Part shown: piece by piece, positions 62,441 to 64,000 of the stretch
Numbering within the stretch: the first letter of the stretch is position 1
Layout: each line of letters begins with the position of its first letter
From: Camelus ferus
Taxonomy: Eukaryota
Reading direction: 5' to 3'
Length of the DNA stretch: 64,000 nt
Assembly (NCBI RefSeq): GCF_009834535.1
Contig: NC_045697.1
Location: forward strand, 47,556,001-47,620,000
Program-made: the position numbers and the translations under genes
Notes under the pieces: generated by a model
What the model was told of the DNA's origin: nothing
The model's input: the letters and a program-made list of their open reading frames with translations, nothing else
Database searches by the model: none

Positions 62441-63167
62441 AACCTATAAAAAATTCAATTGCTTGATTCTTTAAGTTTCAAAGTCTAAGACCACACAGCA
62501 ATCAGATACAGACTAAGCTGCACAGGTTTTTGTGTTTGTATTTTTATTTTTTCACATCTCTGTAAGCAGCAGATAACCCTGCCTTGATTGCCAGCTCACT
62601 ATGGGCAAATACAGAGTCTTATCTTCTCATCCTCCAGACTGTGAGCAGTGGCAAAGAGAATGAATGGAGGAGCTGGAGAACGGAAACGAATGACAATAGG
62701 AAGCAGAAATCTAAGCCTCCTAACGTACATGGAGGGCTTATAGGTGCCAGGCGCCATCCTAAACGATAGATGTGAATTTGCTCATTTAATCTGCACAGCA
62801 GTGCTATATAGCAGATATTCTTGTCCCTGCTGTAGCCACAGGCCACTGCAGCACGGAGTTAAAGAATATGCTGTTTGAAGTGACAGAACCAAGATTGGAA
62901 TCCTTGGCTCCCAAGTCTATGGTCTTGAGCACCCTGTCCCCATCCCTCTCACCTCTGGATCTGCTGCCTCTGGAAGGCAGCCCTTGCCAGGGAGCACACA
63001 CGGCTCCATCCTCAAACGTTTGTGAATATTGGGAGTTTTAAGCTGACAAACCAGACATTGATACACATATAAAAATGAAATAAATTCTACTTTTTGTCTA
63101 CTCAAAATCTAGTCTTGAGTTACTCATTTTAAACTAATCTTGCATGATGTGTGTTAGTGTAGTTGTT

Positions 63168-63169
<2 letters not shown>

Positions 63170-63210
<41 letters not shown>

Positions 63211-63470
63211 TTACTTTTTATTGAAATATGGTTGATTTACAGTGTTTTGGGTATAAAGCAAAGTGATTCAGTTATACATATACATATATTTTTTCAGATT
63301 CTTTTCTATTATAGCTTATTATATTTCATATATTTCCTTGTGCTATACAGGTCCTTGTTGTTTGTCTATTTTATATACAGTAGTGTATATCTATTAATCT
63401 CAAATTTCTAATTTATCCCTCCGTCCCTTTCCTCTTTGGTAACCATAAGTTGGTTTTCTATGTCTGTGAG
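63170..63470 (-). mobile_element. LINE-1 3'UTR fragment with (TAAA)n tail
   Basis: (TTTA)n on +, then ttccttgtgctatacag and cctctttggtaaccataagt. TSD ttagtgt(a/g)gttgtttt at 63154-63169 and 63471-63486, followed by aa (TTTT/AA site). Confidence 0.9.
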
Positions 63471-64000
63471 TTAGTGTGGTTGTTTTAACTTTTCTTCTTA
63501 TGGGTTCTTATATCTATGATTTTCATGCACAGTTCAATAGTGCCACCAGAGTGAAACAGGGGTTCACTGAAAAGAGGGGCAAGACAGGCAAGGAAGAATG
63601 TTCTTGGGATGGGCAAGCTCAGTCTGGATCCAGATTAAGATATATAATACCAGGGCTTCTAAGAAGAGGTAGTGGAACTACCACTCTGGTAGAGAGAATA
63701 CAGCAAGTCCAGGACAAGTGGTACCCAAGAGCCATGCGGCAAGGGTGCAAGGTCATGTGGTACGGGGAGAAAGGCAAAGAGCACCCACACACAGGTCAAG
63801 CCTGACTGTCAGGCTGGGGCTGATTAAGAGACGGGCTGCTGATTCCTGGAAATGGCTCACAACAGGACAGGTGGCAAAAACCAAAGCAGAACCCCCAATC
63901 TTAGGACCTGACGTCCATGGGGTCAAGAAGGGACGTTAGACCAGATCTTCATGGTGGCAAAGGAAGCCTAGGGGATAAGGCAGAAGCCTGAGCACTAGGC

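Noticed and set aside
1..64000. CRISPR array, operon or other prokaryote-like system
   Set aside because: No regularly spaced repeat-spacer array and no gene-dense segment; the whole window is mammalian exon/intron and transposon sequence.

Overview
Mammalian genomic DNA lying entirely inside one large minus-strand gene, FRAS1 (Fraser extracellular matrix complex subunit 1). The species is most likely a camelid, inferred from two tRNA-Ala-derived Vic-1-type SINEs. Eight internal coding exons (144, 141, 141, 177, 141, 144, 153 and 147 bp; about human exons 15-22, numbering from memory) have canonical AG/GT ends. All are phase 1-1, each encodes one 8-Cys furin-like repeat, and they splice into one open 396-codon frame. 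The introns hold a layered transposon record: ancient CR1/L3, L2 and MIR; Tigger and hAT MITEs; MaLR and ERV1-type solo LTRs; old L1 3' ends; and an ORF-less L1 5'UTR-3'UTR fusion. The most notable element is a very young, 5'-truncated, sense-oriented L1 (43134-47507) with a perfect 21-bp TSD and an intact 1265-aa ORF2 but no promoter or ORF1. I found no clearly new biological system. The best speculative lead is that this promoterless ORF2 could be expressed from, and truncate, FRAS1 transcripts through a cryptic acceptor at its 5' junction. Most other ORFs in the track are non-coding noise. Repeat family names come from recalled consensus motifs and need RepeatMasker/Dfam confirmation; boundaries of old repeats are approximate.
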